From: Lama glama
Lineage: Eukaryota
Direction: 5' to 3'
NCBI GenBank assembly: GCA_028534125.1
Contig: CM052816.1
Span: 39,992,001 to 40,056,000 of the forward strand
DNA: 64,000 nucleotides
This document shows, in pieces, positions 1-13,090 of the stretch. The notes beneath the pieces are model-generated. The model had not been told where the DNA came from, searched no databases, and was given only the letters and a program-made list of their open reading frames with translations. The position numbers and the translations under genes were made by a program. The number at the start of each line of letters is the position of its first letter. Positions within the stretch are counted from its first letter, which is position 1.

Positions 1-2010
1 TATTTTATTTTATTTTTTTAGATTCCACATATGAAGGATCTCATATGGTATTTTTCTTTCTCTTTCTGGCTTAATTCACTTAGAACGACATTCTCCAGGA
101 GCATCCATGTTGCTGCAAATGGCGTTATGTTGTTGGTTTTTATGGCAGAGTAGTATTCCATTGTATAAATATACTATCTCTTCTTTATCCAGTCACCTGT
201 TGATGGACATTTAGGCTGTCTCCATGTCTTGGCTATTGTAAATAGTGCTGCTATGAACATTGGGGTGCAGGTGTCATCCTGAAGTAGGGTTCCTTCTGGA
301 TATATACCCAGGAGTGGGATTCCTGGGTCATATGGTAAGTCTATTCCTAGTCTTTTGAGGAATCCCCATACTGTTCTCCACAGTATTCCCACCAGCAGTG
401 TAGGAGGGTTCGCCTTTCTCCACAGCCTCTCCAGTATTTGTCATTTGTGGATTTTTGAATGATGGCCATTCTGACTGGTGTGAGGTGATACCTCATTGTA
501 GTTTTGATTTGCATTTCTCTGATAATTAGTGATATTGAGCATTTTTTCATGTGCTTTTTGATCATTGGTATGTCTTCCTTGGAGAATTGCTTTTTTAGGT
601 CTTTTGACCATTTTTGGGTTAGGCTGTTTGGTTGTTTCTTATTAAGTCGTATGAGCTGCTTATATATTCTGGAGATCAAGCCTTTGTCGGTTTCATTTGC
701 AAAAATTTTCTCCCATTCCGTAGGTTTTCTTCTTGTTTTACTTCTGGTTTCCTTTGCTGTGCAGAAGCTTGTAAGTTTCATTAGGTCCCATTTGTTTATT
801 CTTGCTTTTATTTCTGTTGCTTGAGTAGACTGTTCTGGGAGAACATTTTTGAGATGTATGTCAGATAATGTTTTTACTATATTTTCTTCTAGGAGGTTTA
901 TTGTATCTTGTCTTATGTTTAAGTCTTTGATCCATTTTGAGTTGATTTTTGTATATGGTGTAAGGGAGTGTTCTAGTTTCATTGCTTTACATGCTGCTGT
1001 CCAGTTTTCCCAACACCATTTGCTGAAGAGACTGTCTTTATTCCATTGTATATTCTTGCCTCCTTTTTCGAAGATTGACCAAAAGTTTGTGGGTTCATTT
1101 CTGGGCTCTCTATTCTGTTCCATTGGTCTACATGTCTGNNNNNNNNNNNNNNNNNNNNNNNNNNNNNNNNNNNNNNNNNNNNNNNNNNNNNNNNNNNNNN
1201 NNNNNNNNNNNNNNNNNNNNNNNNNNNNNNNNNNNNNNCTTCAGTAATGCTTTGGCAATTCTAGGTCTTTTGTGGTTCCAAATAAATTTTATTATGATTT
1301 GTTCTAGTTCTGTGAAATATGTCCTGGGTAATTTGATAGGGATTGCATTAAAATCTATAGATTGCCTTGGGAAGTATGACATTTTAACAATATTGATTCT
1401 TCCAACCCAGGAGCACAGGATATTTTTCCATTTTTTGAAGTCTTCTTTAATTTCCTTAATCAGTGTTTTATAGTTTTCTGTGTATAAGTCTTTCACTTCC
1501 TTGGTTAGATTTACTCCTAGGTATTTTATTACTTTGGGTGCTATTTTAAAGGGGATTGTTTCTTTATTTTCTTTTTCTGTTGATTCATCATGAGTGTAAA
1601 GAAATGCAACTGATTTTTGAACGTTAATCTTATAACCTGCTACCTTGCTGAATTCTTCAATTATTTCTAGTAGTTTTTGTGTGGACCTTTTAGGGTTTTC
1701 TATATATAGTATCATGTCATCTGCTTATAGTGACACTTTTACCTCTTCTTTTCCAATTTGGATCCCTTTTATTTCTCTCTCTTGCCTGATTGCTGTGGCT
1801 AGGACTTCCAAGACTATGTTGAATAGGAGTGGTGATAGTGGGCAGCCTTGTCTTGTTCCAGATTTTGGTGGGAAGCTTTTGAGTTTTTCACCGTTGAGTA
1901 CTATGCTGGCTGTAGGTTTGTCATATATAGCTTTTATTATGTTGAGATATGTTCCCTCTATACCCACTTTGGTGAAAGTTTTTATCATAAATGGGTGTTG
2001 AATTTTATCA
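1..2010 (-). mobile_element. LINE-1, 5'-truncated young copy (ORF2 RT to C-terminus plus 3' UTR, running off the window start); non-functional
   Basis: Minus-strand ORFs 1725-1988, 1128-1715, 347-1123 and 174-392 carry L1 ORF2 peptides ([60 protein letters not shown]). They are split by stops and frameshifts. L1 similarity ends near 2010. Confidence 0.97.
1139..1238. other. assembly gap (100 N) inside the L1
   Basis: Run of exactly 100 N. Confidence 0.99.
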
Positions 2011-4528
2011 AAACCAGCTTTTAAATTTTGGTAAAGTACTTATCCAGGCCCACATAGAGAAAAGAGAAAAAGTAAGTTCCACATGTTCTTAAACCACGGT
2101 GATATTGGGAGAAGAAAATAGATGTAAGAAAGCATCATGGATGCAAGCTAAGTCTGTGGCAATGATTATGAAAAGTTTTGCCCACACAACAGGCACTTTA
2201 CACATTTTCTCTTTGTCTGTCACCCCCAATTTCTCAGGAGTCTTTAAAAAATGTGTATTAAATGAATAGAGATAGGAAAGCACCATAAAAATAAATGAAT
2301 TTATGAAGGTTATTACAGCACACATGTCACAATTATGATGTAGACATTATGAAAAACAGAACTAATATCAGTATATACCCATTTTTATTACCTATTCAGA
2401 ATAGCGTTTGCCAAGTAGTCAAATGTGTAATATTTGGCCTCTGTGACAGAGTAATATCCCAAATGGTGTCATTTGTAACATTAAATAAGAAAAAAATACA
2501 AAATGGAAAAGTTTCTTTAAGAATACTGTAGATTTTACCTTTGACAGGGCTTACATACCAAGAGGTAAAGGATTTTACTGCTTTTGTCCTAGAATGAACT
2601 GTCATGAAATTTTCAGCTAATTTCTGTGCTGCATCTAAATTTCTGTTGTGTTGTATTGGCAATAATGTGAGAATGATAGCAGGGTTCCCAATACATGTGT
2701 CAACATCAGTTTTAATGGCTTTTTTTCAAAGATTTTACACAGCATCAAAATTTTACCAGAGTGAATGTCCTTGAAGGAGTGGGTTTTGTATCTTGTTTTA
2801 CTTTGTAGGAGCAACCTGGAAACTTTTCATATTGTAGTAATTTTTCCTTAATAATGTGCCTTTAAGACTCAATTTGAAATGTTGTCTTTAGACAAAAGAC
2901 ATTGAACTTAATAAATTAAAAACAGGACACATGACATTTCAAAAAAGTGTTCCCTTTGTGTTGTCTGATTTTTCTTTGCTGTATTTGGGTCTAAAGTTTT
3001 CATCTTTCATTCTCTTTGTGTCATTATATCCAGACTCACAGTGCCATCTACTAATTCAATTTCCTGAAATTTTATTTCATATGATAAGAATTCCATTTCC
3101 AGTCATAGCTCGCATATATTGTAAAAGCAAAGCTAAAAAGGAGAAAATCAAATATTTAAAATATTTTGGAACTCAATAACATAATAAACATACACATGCA
3201 AACTCTAAAAAGTGTTCTGTATAGTCTCCATAAGTGAACTTTTTGAAAAATTAAAACTGGCTAATGAAATAAATTTTTCTACACATCTGAATTAATGAAC
3301 ATAGGGAAGTTAGCGTTAATGTCCTTCTAGAAGTAAAGCCATTGATTAAGCTGTTAATCCTGTGATGTGTTTAAGTTAGTGATATAATTCTACTGATTTG
3401 ACTTTGAAACCAGATAGGAAATACTAAGAACAGAAGGTGGCAGGGCTGTTTTTGAAATACGTTCTTGCTAATGAATGTTTGCATTGCCTTTAGAATTTAT
3501 TTCCACATAATACATACAAAAAGGTTCAAATTTTCATTCTTGGTGCTGCAGATATTACAGTGACACTTTAATGACACTAGATTAATCATGCCATTGTAAC
3601 CATGACTTGTTTTATAATTCTCGGGTGTATATTTCCCAAATTTTAAACTGTTAGAAATAAAAAATTCCTACTATTTTAAATATTGTAAACATTTGCCAAG
3701 GATGGCTTCATGTTGGTGTTAGAATGGAATGCAGTCTGCAGATTCTCCCCTTAAAATCTTCTTAATGTTCATTAATAACTTTGACAAGATGACTGTCTTT
3801 TAATTAGTGACTTTATTTACTTTTGGGTGGCAGGATGGATTCCTTTCTAACATAATAGGTATAAAACAGGCTAACCGTGAATATATCCCTGTGTCATTGG
3901 AACTTAACCTTGTATTCTATTATAATCAAAGAAAGGTTTCTAGTTTTATAATAGCTAAATAGGTAATACGGAATGATTTTAGTAAAGGCTAGGTGGAACA
4001 GATAAGTCCTCTAAATGGTTATTAAAGCTAGAGTAAAGACAGGAATGTTAATCTGAATAGTCCTTTCTATTCATTCTAAATAAGAAAAAAAGAAGGAAAA
4101 TGACAAAAACTATAATGCAGTTTTCATTAAGCAGATAATTAGCCACTGCTTTGAAAAATAATGCACCTCATTTTCACTTGATGTTTGCTTAAAACCAAAA
4201 TATTTCCTCTTTACCCAGAATGGCCATGCTTCCTATAAATTACTGATTATTTCTTTAATGGCATTACATTTCAAGCTAAAAAGAACAACTTTCATTTCTC
4301 ACAAGCTATGGCTCTTAATATCTGAAGTGATAAGCACTTCAAAGCCTGGGAGGAAACGTAGCCAAATATCTGCCTCCTCGTATGGTTTCTTTGTTCTTTG
4401 GTTTTGTTCTCTTGTTTTATGAATAATCAGTCATAATTCTTCTCCTTACAACCAATGTTTTTAAAAAATTAACATTACCTAAAAATATGACTTGCATTGA
4501 ATTTATTGCATAATTTTAATGTATTGCA

Positions 4529-4659
4529 TTTTGTTTATTTATTTATTGGGGGGGTTAATTAGGTTTACTTTTTATTTATTTTTAGAGGAGGTAGTGGGGA
4601 TTGAACCCAGGACCTTGTGCATGCTAAGCATGCGCTCTACCACTTAAATTATACCCTCC
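4529..4659 (-). mobile_element. tRNA-Ala-derived SINE (camelid Vic-1 type), long form
   Basis: Reverse complement reads GGAGGGTATAATTTAAGTGGTAGAGCGCATGCTTAGCATGCACAAGGTCCTGGGTTCAATCCCCACTACCTCC, then an A-rich tail, AAACCTAATTAACCCCCCC and a second (TAAA)n tail. B-box GGTTCAATCC is present. Confidence 0.92.
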
Positions 4660-5254
4660 TGCTATTACATAAATTTTTTATATTGAAAAGTGGAACAAAA
4701 TTGATGACTGCCACCTCCCAAAAACTGTTCATTTCTCTCACCCATGGAGCTATCCAAGAAAATTCCAAACATACAAATAATAAGACAACTATTAATGCCT
4801 AAAAATGTCTGAAAGTTTGTGGGGAAAAAAACCACAAATGACACTGATTTATGTCTATGAGGAAATTAGTCTCATATTGATATGTTGAAATATTTGCAAC
4901 AAAAGGCTATTTATGCAACAGTTGTAAATTTGAATTTTAATAACAATTTTTTTCTTTTTATGCAATTCAAAAAGTAATATGTCTACATAAGAAATGTGGA
5001 AAATTAATATCAGCATTAAAAGGTAACAAGAATTAATTGCTATATTGCCAGAGCATAATGTACTTTTAATAATATAATATCTTTTCATTCCATTATATCA
5101 ATATTTCTACTAATCTCTAATTTTCATAAAAATAATTTGGAGGAAAAAGTCTTTAAAAATCTAAAACAAAATTAATTACTTAAATAAAGTAGTAGTAAGT
5201 GCCATATACTGTTTTATTATATATATAAAACTACCATAACAAATGTACATAGTT

Positions 5255-5375
5255 GATATGGTCATTTTCCCTAATTACTAAAGAAACTGACACAAGGAGA
5301 GATTAAGTTATATAACCAAGTTTACTGAGTTAGTAAGACATTGAGGGAAGCTTTGAACCAAACTGAGAGTCTTTG
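5255..5375 (-). mobile_element. MIR SINE fragment
   Basis: aaactgacacaaggagagattaagtt...ttagtaag...tttgaacc resembles the reverse of the MIR core. Confidence 0.6.
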
Positions 5376-5594
5376 TTTTTAGAATAGTTGGACAACCTGC
5401 ATTGAGTCACAGTAAACCAACAGCATGAGCAAAAATAACCTTCAGAGGTGCCCAGTTGCCAGTCAGGTTTAATAATAAGAAAATACAGAAGTAAAATGGA
5501 AGTCTTTGAAAGAATGATGAAAACTTGGGAAACAATGGAATACTTACGGAAATTTAAGTGTTTAGGTGCAGCAGAGAAATCAGTTTTCACTATA

Positions 5595-5760
5595 AAAAGT
5601 GATAATTATGTGATTGATAGAGGTGTTAGCTAATGCTACAGTAGGAATAGTATTGCAGTATATAGATGTATCAGATCAATATGTTTTACACCTTAAACTT
5701 ATGCAATGTTAGGTGTTAAGTGTCAATTATTTATATCTCAATTAAGAAAAAGAAAAAATA
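5595..5760 (+). mobile_element. old L1 3' UTR end fragment (L1MA/MB-like)
   Basis: tgatagaggtgttagctaatgctaca...acaccttaaacttatgcaatgtt...tcaattat..atctcaatt followed by an A-rich tail. Confidence 0.75.
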
Positions 5761-6649
5761 GGGTAAATTCCATAGTGCTTGGCATAGCTTATTGCTCATC
5801 GTAAGTACCCTATAAATATTACTTTGTATAAAATATTCACACAAAATCCCAACTTGTCCTCATACTGTCTTTACTGTAGTGATAAGAAGTTTGATTCCAA
5901 TAAATATCATGCTTAATTTTACTTACGCTTTTCATCAGCAACCTTCCCCCAGCCATGCTTAACCGCGCTAAGGCTGTGTTCTCTCTTGTCTGCTCCAGTT
6001 AAGTCTCAAAATATCTCTTCAGGTCTGCAGCAAAACCCCGTGTTTAAGAACAGCTGATCTGGGGACTAATGTTCCACAAAGAAAATATTTTTATATGAAT
6101 GTTTACTGATACATCATGACATTATTCTTTCCAAGGACATTATTTATGTTTCTAAAAATTCAAATGCCCCAATTTAGTGTTCAGTGTTGAGCACAGTATT
6201 GATTCTTTATTTCCAGCAGTTAGAACATTTTTTAAACTTCAACATCCAATTCCATTGTTTTTTAAAAATATGTTCTTATTTTTATTTCATCCTGAATGAT
6301 TTATTTCCCGGCCCCTACAGAGATCCTATAATTGGGTACAGTATCTTATTATTTAACCTGTTTTCTCTTTGTGAATATCTGCTTAAGTAATGTTGTTTTC
6401 ATCGTTCCCTTTTGATAGTGTCCTTTCTTTCTCCAGGTCTTTTCTGAGTCTAAAAAGACCAGAAAGCTTCTTGCTTTAGTTAACTAAATTTATAGTTGAC
6501 ATCTTGATGTTTTAATTCTGAGTTCTGCTACAAGTGAAGTAAAATAATCATTGCATTTCATACTTGGATGGCACTTTGGGATTTCAAAATATTTTCACTG
6601 GCACTTTCAAAATAATCTAGACAGATATGTATATAATTTATACCCTTCC

Positions 6650-6760
6650 TCTTATTGTTTTATCAGTGTCATGAGCAAGGCCCAGAAAGATTAGGTGACA
6701 TTTCCATGGCCTCATGTAGTTCAAGTGAGATATTGGTTCTCCACCTCCAGTGTGCTTTCC
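6650..6760 (-). mobile_element. MIR SINE fragment
   Basis: aaggcccagaaagattaggtgacatttccatggcctc resembles the reverse MIR core. Confidence 0.5.
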
Positions 6761-8749
6761 TTTCAACCAAATCTGACAGTTTTTTAAAAAATGCCCAATA
6801 TGCAAAGACTTTGATGTATTTGGACTAGATGCATGTCAAGGTTGCTTCTAACTGTAAGAGTATATATTTACAGTTGTGTCTATAGAAAATGAGAAAATAT
6901 GCCAAAAATTATTATTATTAATTACAAAAAATGTTTCCCCTTTGTTTTTTCCTGTTTTCCTCCTCTATTCATATCCTTTTCTTCTTTCTCACCCTAGAGC
7001 CAGAGGAGAAAACTATAATCATCAGGGGGTTAGACCCTGCATGATCACACTCTGCACACGGCCATACTTCCACACTTTATTTCATCGCTGGGTGCTCAGT
7101 TTAAACGACAGCCGTGATGTTTTTGGTACATTGATGGGAATGTCTGTGGGAATTTTGGTCTGCTTTTCTGTAGTCATGGTAACATCTGTAGGGTGCACTA
7201 CTGGAATTCAGAGCATGGTTTCTCTGCTACACTTCAATCTTAGACCTTAGGCAGTGTTTACCATTTTCCAACTGTTAGGACATGGCAAAGTACTACATTT
7301 GTAAAAGTTTGGGATAATAGAACATTTGGCAGCATAGAGCTCTTCTCCTTTGCACATTTGAGAGAAAGGTCATAATGTTAGCAGTCCTTCAGGTGTTATA
7401 AATAAAATTCAGTTTACCTTGGTTTTAGACTCAGTTAGTCCTAGAATATTAATAATGAGAAATACACTTTTGATGACCTCTTCAAATGCATCATTGTGTA
7501 AGGCAATCATATCATTGCTCATGTACATGGGTTTATAGATGGTTTTTATTTTTGGAATTTTTTAATTGGTATGTTTTCTCTGCTTTTGTTTTGTTCACAT
7601 TAACAAGTACAGATGAATAAGCCAATGAGTTTTGAGTGATAATAAACAGAAAACATAGATGGCAAAACTGACACAAAGCATGCAGCAATTGTAAATTGAA
7701 TACCATAGGTCAGACTCTTTCAACCTAAAGACTTTTATTCTCTAGCTGGCCAAAAAAATTCAATCATTACCAATAAAGCAAGTTCCAATGCCTTTTATAC
7801 TGTGCCAGCTCTATAGAAAAATACATTTTAGTGCCACAATAGCTGTTTGATGATGCTTAAGAAATACCTACATTAACTTTTTAAAATTTGAGAACGAGAA
7901 TCAGTTTTTCAACAACTTGGAATTATTTTGTTAATGAAAATTTACATAGATCTAACTTTATTTTGGGGCCATAACCAGGTCCTAGTTATTACCATATATA
8001 ATTTTCTCTGTAGATTTTCCTAACAAGAAGACTATTGGGTAAGCTTCTGAATGTATAATAAATTTAAATCTCCCCTGTTCGATACATACATGCCGAAAGA
8101 GATCACCTTGAGCTCTTGAAATAGCCAAATTTTAAAGAAAGTATGAGAAGTGCATAATATAGAAGAAAGATTTTAACAGTGGTTGTCATAACCAATCAGT
8201 AACTTGCAAAATAAAGCAACTGTGTGTACCAACTTGTCAGCAATATGATAGCTCTTGATTATCAGTATTGTGTGCTGACTGACCATGAGAGGTCAGTAGG
8301 CATGGAAACCTCAGACACATTCTACTTCTAGGTCAAAGAGACCTTGGAAAATCAGAGGCAAATAAACAAACAAAAATGCACCAGGATGTTGATTTATGAT
8401 TCACCTTTTCTGAACAAAGATCCTGATGATGTTTTACTGTCCCTCCAAGATTTAAGATAGCAATCCTGGGATCAAAACACACTTTCTCTAGCTGGCCGTT
8501 TTGCAGAGCAAAAATATAGAAATTTAAGAGATTGGATATGTTCTTATTCTATCATACTTGACTAATTGGTTAACATTGTTACTTGTCACATAAATTTATG
8601 AAACAAACCTGGAAATTTCTTGCAGCAAGTTTTACAAGGCTGAAAAACATTGTAAAAGAAATAATCAATGACCAATTCAAACCCAGACCATCAGAAAGAT
8701 GGGTACATAAATTCCTGATTATTCTACCACATAGCATGTTCTTATCTAG

Positions 8750-8832
8750 GCCTGACGAACAGCTTGACCGTGATTGAAAATCTAATGCTAAGCCTGACAG
8801 CGGCTTGGCCGTGATTGAGGACCCAGTGCTAA
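8750..8832 (+). repeat. two-copy diverged tandem repeat, ~41-42 bp unit
   Basis: gcctgacgaacagcttgaccgtgattgaaaatctaatgctaa (8750-8791) followed by gcctgacagcggcttggccgtgattgaggacccagtgctaa (8792-8832). Confidence 0.85.
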
Positions 8833-9079
8833 GTCTCTTAACCAGCTGCCAAACTAAACTTTCCTACATGAGAGAAGAGTTGCAGTTCTATCCCATTCTT
8901 TTTCTGCTCTGTGATTTCAAAATTATCTCCTTCCATCTATTAAATTCTGTCTAGATCCTAACTACATTCCCATAAGTTTTTGTATTTTGTTAAAGAGCAA
9001 TGGTATGCCATTGCAAAGTTTATTTCATATATGTACACCCCTTAACTTGCATGGACTTTATGAATGTGGGGAGGGGAAG

Positions 9080-9200
9080 TATTATAGTTAATTCCTTTTT
9101 ATAGATGAACAAAATCCATGTTCATGGAGAATAGATATTTTCAATGAAATCACACAGCTGGTAAGTGGTGTAACTAAAACACAGATCTATGGCAACTAGG
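9080..9200 (-). mobile_element. MIR SINE fragment
   Basis: cctttttatagatgaacaaa...atcacacagctggtaagtgg matches the reverse MIR core. Confidence 0.6.
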
Positions 9201-11564
9201 TCCAATTCTTATTTTCTTTTTGTTACACTATTAATTTTCCTAGCAAAAACTATGGCTCTGTTGTACTTGGGCAAATATAAAGAATTATATTTCCCAAGAT
9301 TCTAAAATAATTGTATTTCTATTAATCAGAGAATGTTTTACTTTCCAGGATTTAGCTCCAATTTTTAGCAAATGTAGGGACCAAAATTTATATATTTGAT
9401 ATAATTTGTTGCAGTTAACACAGATATCTTTAACTGCTCATGTAAAGCATAGCTCAGCACAGAAGCCAAAGATGGCTTTTGATATTATGGTCTTTTCAAA
9501 AGATTTATTTTATTAATGCTTTTAAATCATGTTATCACTTCGGCATTTTTACCTAAGTAAATGAAAAAGGATATTTGGGAAAAAATAGTATGACTGAAGA
9601 GAAGCACCATTAGTGTTTTCAGATTCAGTATATATTGGAGAAGGAAGGAATAAGGACCTGAAGGATAAGAAAACTTAAAATGAAATTGGTAGTTGAAGCT
9701 GAAAGGAAAAATGAACTAAAAAGGGACAAATTAGCAGGTGGAACCGCATGCTGTTTTGTCATTAGCTATTGTGATTCATAGAGCTCCCTTGATATTTATC
9801 TCAGGAAAACAGCTATTTTGGGCATTCAAATAGTCAGATGACTGTTCAGGACGTAAACAAAGTACTAAGGAAAAACAAGGATGGAAGCTCAGTCACTTTA
9901 AGGTTACTATTCCTACGTACTCCCTCTCCCCCATATCATCCTTTCTTCAGTGCCTCCTTCCCTAAATCTGAATGTAATTAGTAACTAAGTTCAACAAAGA
10001 CGATTGCACACATACACCTCTTGAGTCTGCTAGACTTTGGAATATGTTTTTAGACACACGTTGGGAAATTCTACTAATACTTTTGAACAGGAGGAAGGTG
10101 GTTTTCCTCTTGGCAACTCCTTTATCAGGTCAAAGACTAAAACAAGGTCAAGCAGGAGAAGAGGGTGTGGAGTGGGCGAGGGAGGTCTGGTTAGTTACTC
10201 GACAGGAAATCAGGAGGCAGAAAGGAGACATTTTCTTTTTAGCACTCTTCAGAGGACTGCACAAATAATCATTCTCATTAAAGTATTTTCAAATGGTTTG
10301 ATTTTTCACAAAATTTTCCAGCTGTTCTACAGTCTCCTAAAAGAATATGCTTGACTAGCATGAGATGATAGATATTATTTACTTGAAAAGAATTCTACAC
10401 TATAAAAATTTTTATAAAAACTATAAAAAGGAATGATTCTATTTGAGCTCAGTCAAATATGAGTCTGTACTTTCAAAAATATATACAGTTGTACATGAGG
10501 GAAAAATATGCAGTTATGAGCTGAAAATTGCACCTGTGAAGATTTAGAACTTTAGTGGCTTCATATCATTCTAAATTTCCGTCTTTCTTGGAAATATAGC
10601 ACAAAGTATCCATAATGAATTATGGCTTGAAAATATTATTTCTCAATGATAACATATGGTCAAATTTTGATTTTTGAAAAGTATTAAGAACTATAAATTA
10701 CAGTCACACCATATAAATAGAGTCTTACAGATATACATCTGGACTGCATTACCATTCACACGTCATAGCTAAAGTTAATAGTATTAAGCAGTACTAAATT
10801 ACCCAGTTCTGAATCTGTCTAAAGAAATTAGAAGGTCATTGCATTTTTTCTCAGTTTTTCTTTTCTGCCTCAAAAACAGTAGCTTACAATTAGCTTTGTG
10901 GTTTCAGCCCTTCAAGGTACAGTCTGCATTTCTAATACGAGAATTAGTGATGGAATGAAAGCATTTAATGATAAATTTCTCCTCCTGATACTCTTGAGAA
11001 CTCTTTAAGAATCTGTTCTGTACTTGGCCCTTACTCCCTGGGGATGTAGAGCTACGTGACATTGCTTAAAGCAGCACTCCCAAGCCTATTTTATTTCCTG
11101 CTCTTTTGCAGTGATTCATCTCTTACTTCATTATGTAATGGCCTTCTTGTGGTTCCGTTCCTCTCTAGAGTTTTAAAATTGTATACAAGGTACACTCTTT
11201 TTAAAGAACGTTAATAGGTGTGATAAATTATGGATTCCTTTGTGAAATGAGTTTATAAAATGTGGACTGAAAAAGGTTGAGCAGGTTTCCTGACTCCAGA
11301 TATCTCCGAGTCTGTAATATACCAATGAGTGATACGATCTCCGAGAGAGAGAGATGTAGCATGCTAGTGTGTGAATCATCCATTGGAATTTTCTGGGTAG
11401 CTAAAAGCAGGAAATGAGGAGCCTGGTCCTGGGGTTTGTGGGCCAGCTATTTTGTTGTTGTTGTTGTTTACACTCATCTAACAGAATCAAAGACACTTTG
11501 CTCCCTGAATATGTTTTGGTCAGATAAAATGCATGTGTAAAACAAAGTAGATTCTAAGTATGTA

Positions 11565-11733
11565 GTTGCTAAGATATCTTAAAAGTTCTCACTACAAGAA
11601 AAAAGTGTAAATATGTATGCTGGTGGACTTTAACTAGGCTTATTGTGGTGATCATTTTGTGGTATTTACAAATATCAAATCATGTACACTTAAAACTAAT
11701 TCAATGTTATATGTCAATTATAACTCAAAAAAA
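11565..11733 (+). mobile_element. old L1 3' UTR end fragment
   Basis: atcttaaaagttctcactacaagaaa...ttattgtggtgatcattttg...aatgttatatgtcaattataactc followed by an A tail. Confidence 0.8.
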
Positions 11734-12954
11734 CAGTAAATTCTACTATCAAAAAACTTCATATAGTTGAAGCAAATCAAGAGACTGAGATTATTTAATT
11801 GTACTGAGAAATGTGCAGCATTATAGATAATTTCTACAAATATAGAGAGGGCTTAAACAATTTGTTTTCTCAAGACAGTCCAGTAAAGATGTGAAATGTA
11901 AATAACACTTTAGGCTGTGTAGATAACGCCTAGTTCCAGCATTTTAATTTTATGATGATATGTAATCTTCAGCAGGATTTGGTAAGAGGATAGTAAATTT
12001 AATGACTCTAGAATTTTATAAATTTACCATCGTTAATAATGTGAAATTGCAACCTAACTATCCATTTCTTGTGTGTTTTAATTATTTTGAAAAGTAGTTA
12101 GCTTGAAAAGTTTACACAAATAAGTCTTCTTTTTTTAAACAGTGTGCCACAGTAGTGATTGTTTTGTTTTTAAAGTAGACTCCAAGAAAGTAAAATGAAA
12201 AGCATGGTTTTTCGTGTACAGTTCCATATGGCATGAAATATGTTATATAGGCTGCAACCCTCACTTTGTAGATCTCAGCCTGGGACTCTACCTCTAGGTG
12301 GAGCTCTGGTTTCTTGCTGAGCCAGGAATGAATTATTGCTGTCTAATTTGTGGAAGCACCACAGAAGAAAGAAAAATCACTAGAATAATGAATAACTGAA
12401 GAAAAGGTAGTCTAAGGAGCTGTAAGCTGTTAACATTTGCATATAGTTACATCACTGCTACACTCACCTGATTTTTATGAATACATTTCTACCATATTTC
12501 TCCTGTGTTTTTATGGAAGACCTTAACTAGAGAGCCTGATGCAAGAGTATCTTTTCTCTAGTTTTTCACTCCAGTGTCCTCAGTTGGAAAATGTATCCTG
12601 AAAAACAGAAAAGCAGAATTCTGAAAAGCTAAATATTACATAGGTGAAAATTAAATAAAGAAACAGATCTAAAATTGAATTTAATGTTGAATATGGGTTG
12701 TGCATATTATTTTCATTAACATTAAAATTAGCTAATTATTTGGTGGGAGATATATTATAATATATGTATAAATCTGTAATACTGTATTAGATAGATATGT
12801 CAGATATAGCTAATAGATGTATTAGATATATGTGGATATACATTCAAGATATAGTTACATAAAATATAAAAGTAAATTAAGGATAGATTTTTTTTAACTC
12901 TGTGTTTTTATTTGATGACATTAAAACAAAATTGGTGTCTTATGATTTTGACAC

Positions 12955-13090
12955 TGTAAGTGTAGTCAAAGGATTAGCATCGGCATCACCTGGCAAATTT
13001 TCAGAAATGCCGATGACGCAGCCCTCCGACCTACTGAGTCACAATCTACAATTGAACAATTTCCCAGGTGACCTATGCATATTAAGTATT
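12955..13090. mobile_element. MER5-like hAT-Charlie DNA transposon fossil
   Basis: agcatcggcatcacctgg...agaaatgc...gacctactgagtca...aacaatttcccaggtga is the typical MER5 internal motif series. Confidence 0.75.

Noticed and set aside
347..1988. Long ORFs (258, 195 and 87 aa) as a host protein-coding gene
   Set aside because: They are fragments of L1 ORF2 broken by stops and frameshifts; the plus-strand ORFs over the same region are antisense shadows.
8750..8832. CRISPR-like repeat-spacer array
   Set aside because: Only two adjacent diverged units with no unique spacers, in mammalian DNA with no cas genes.
12750..12880. AGATAT-rich segment as a structured repeat
   Set aside because: Degenerate low-complexity microsatellite with no consistent period.
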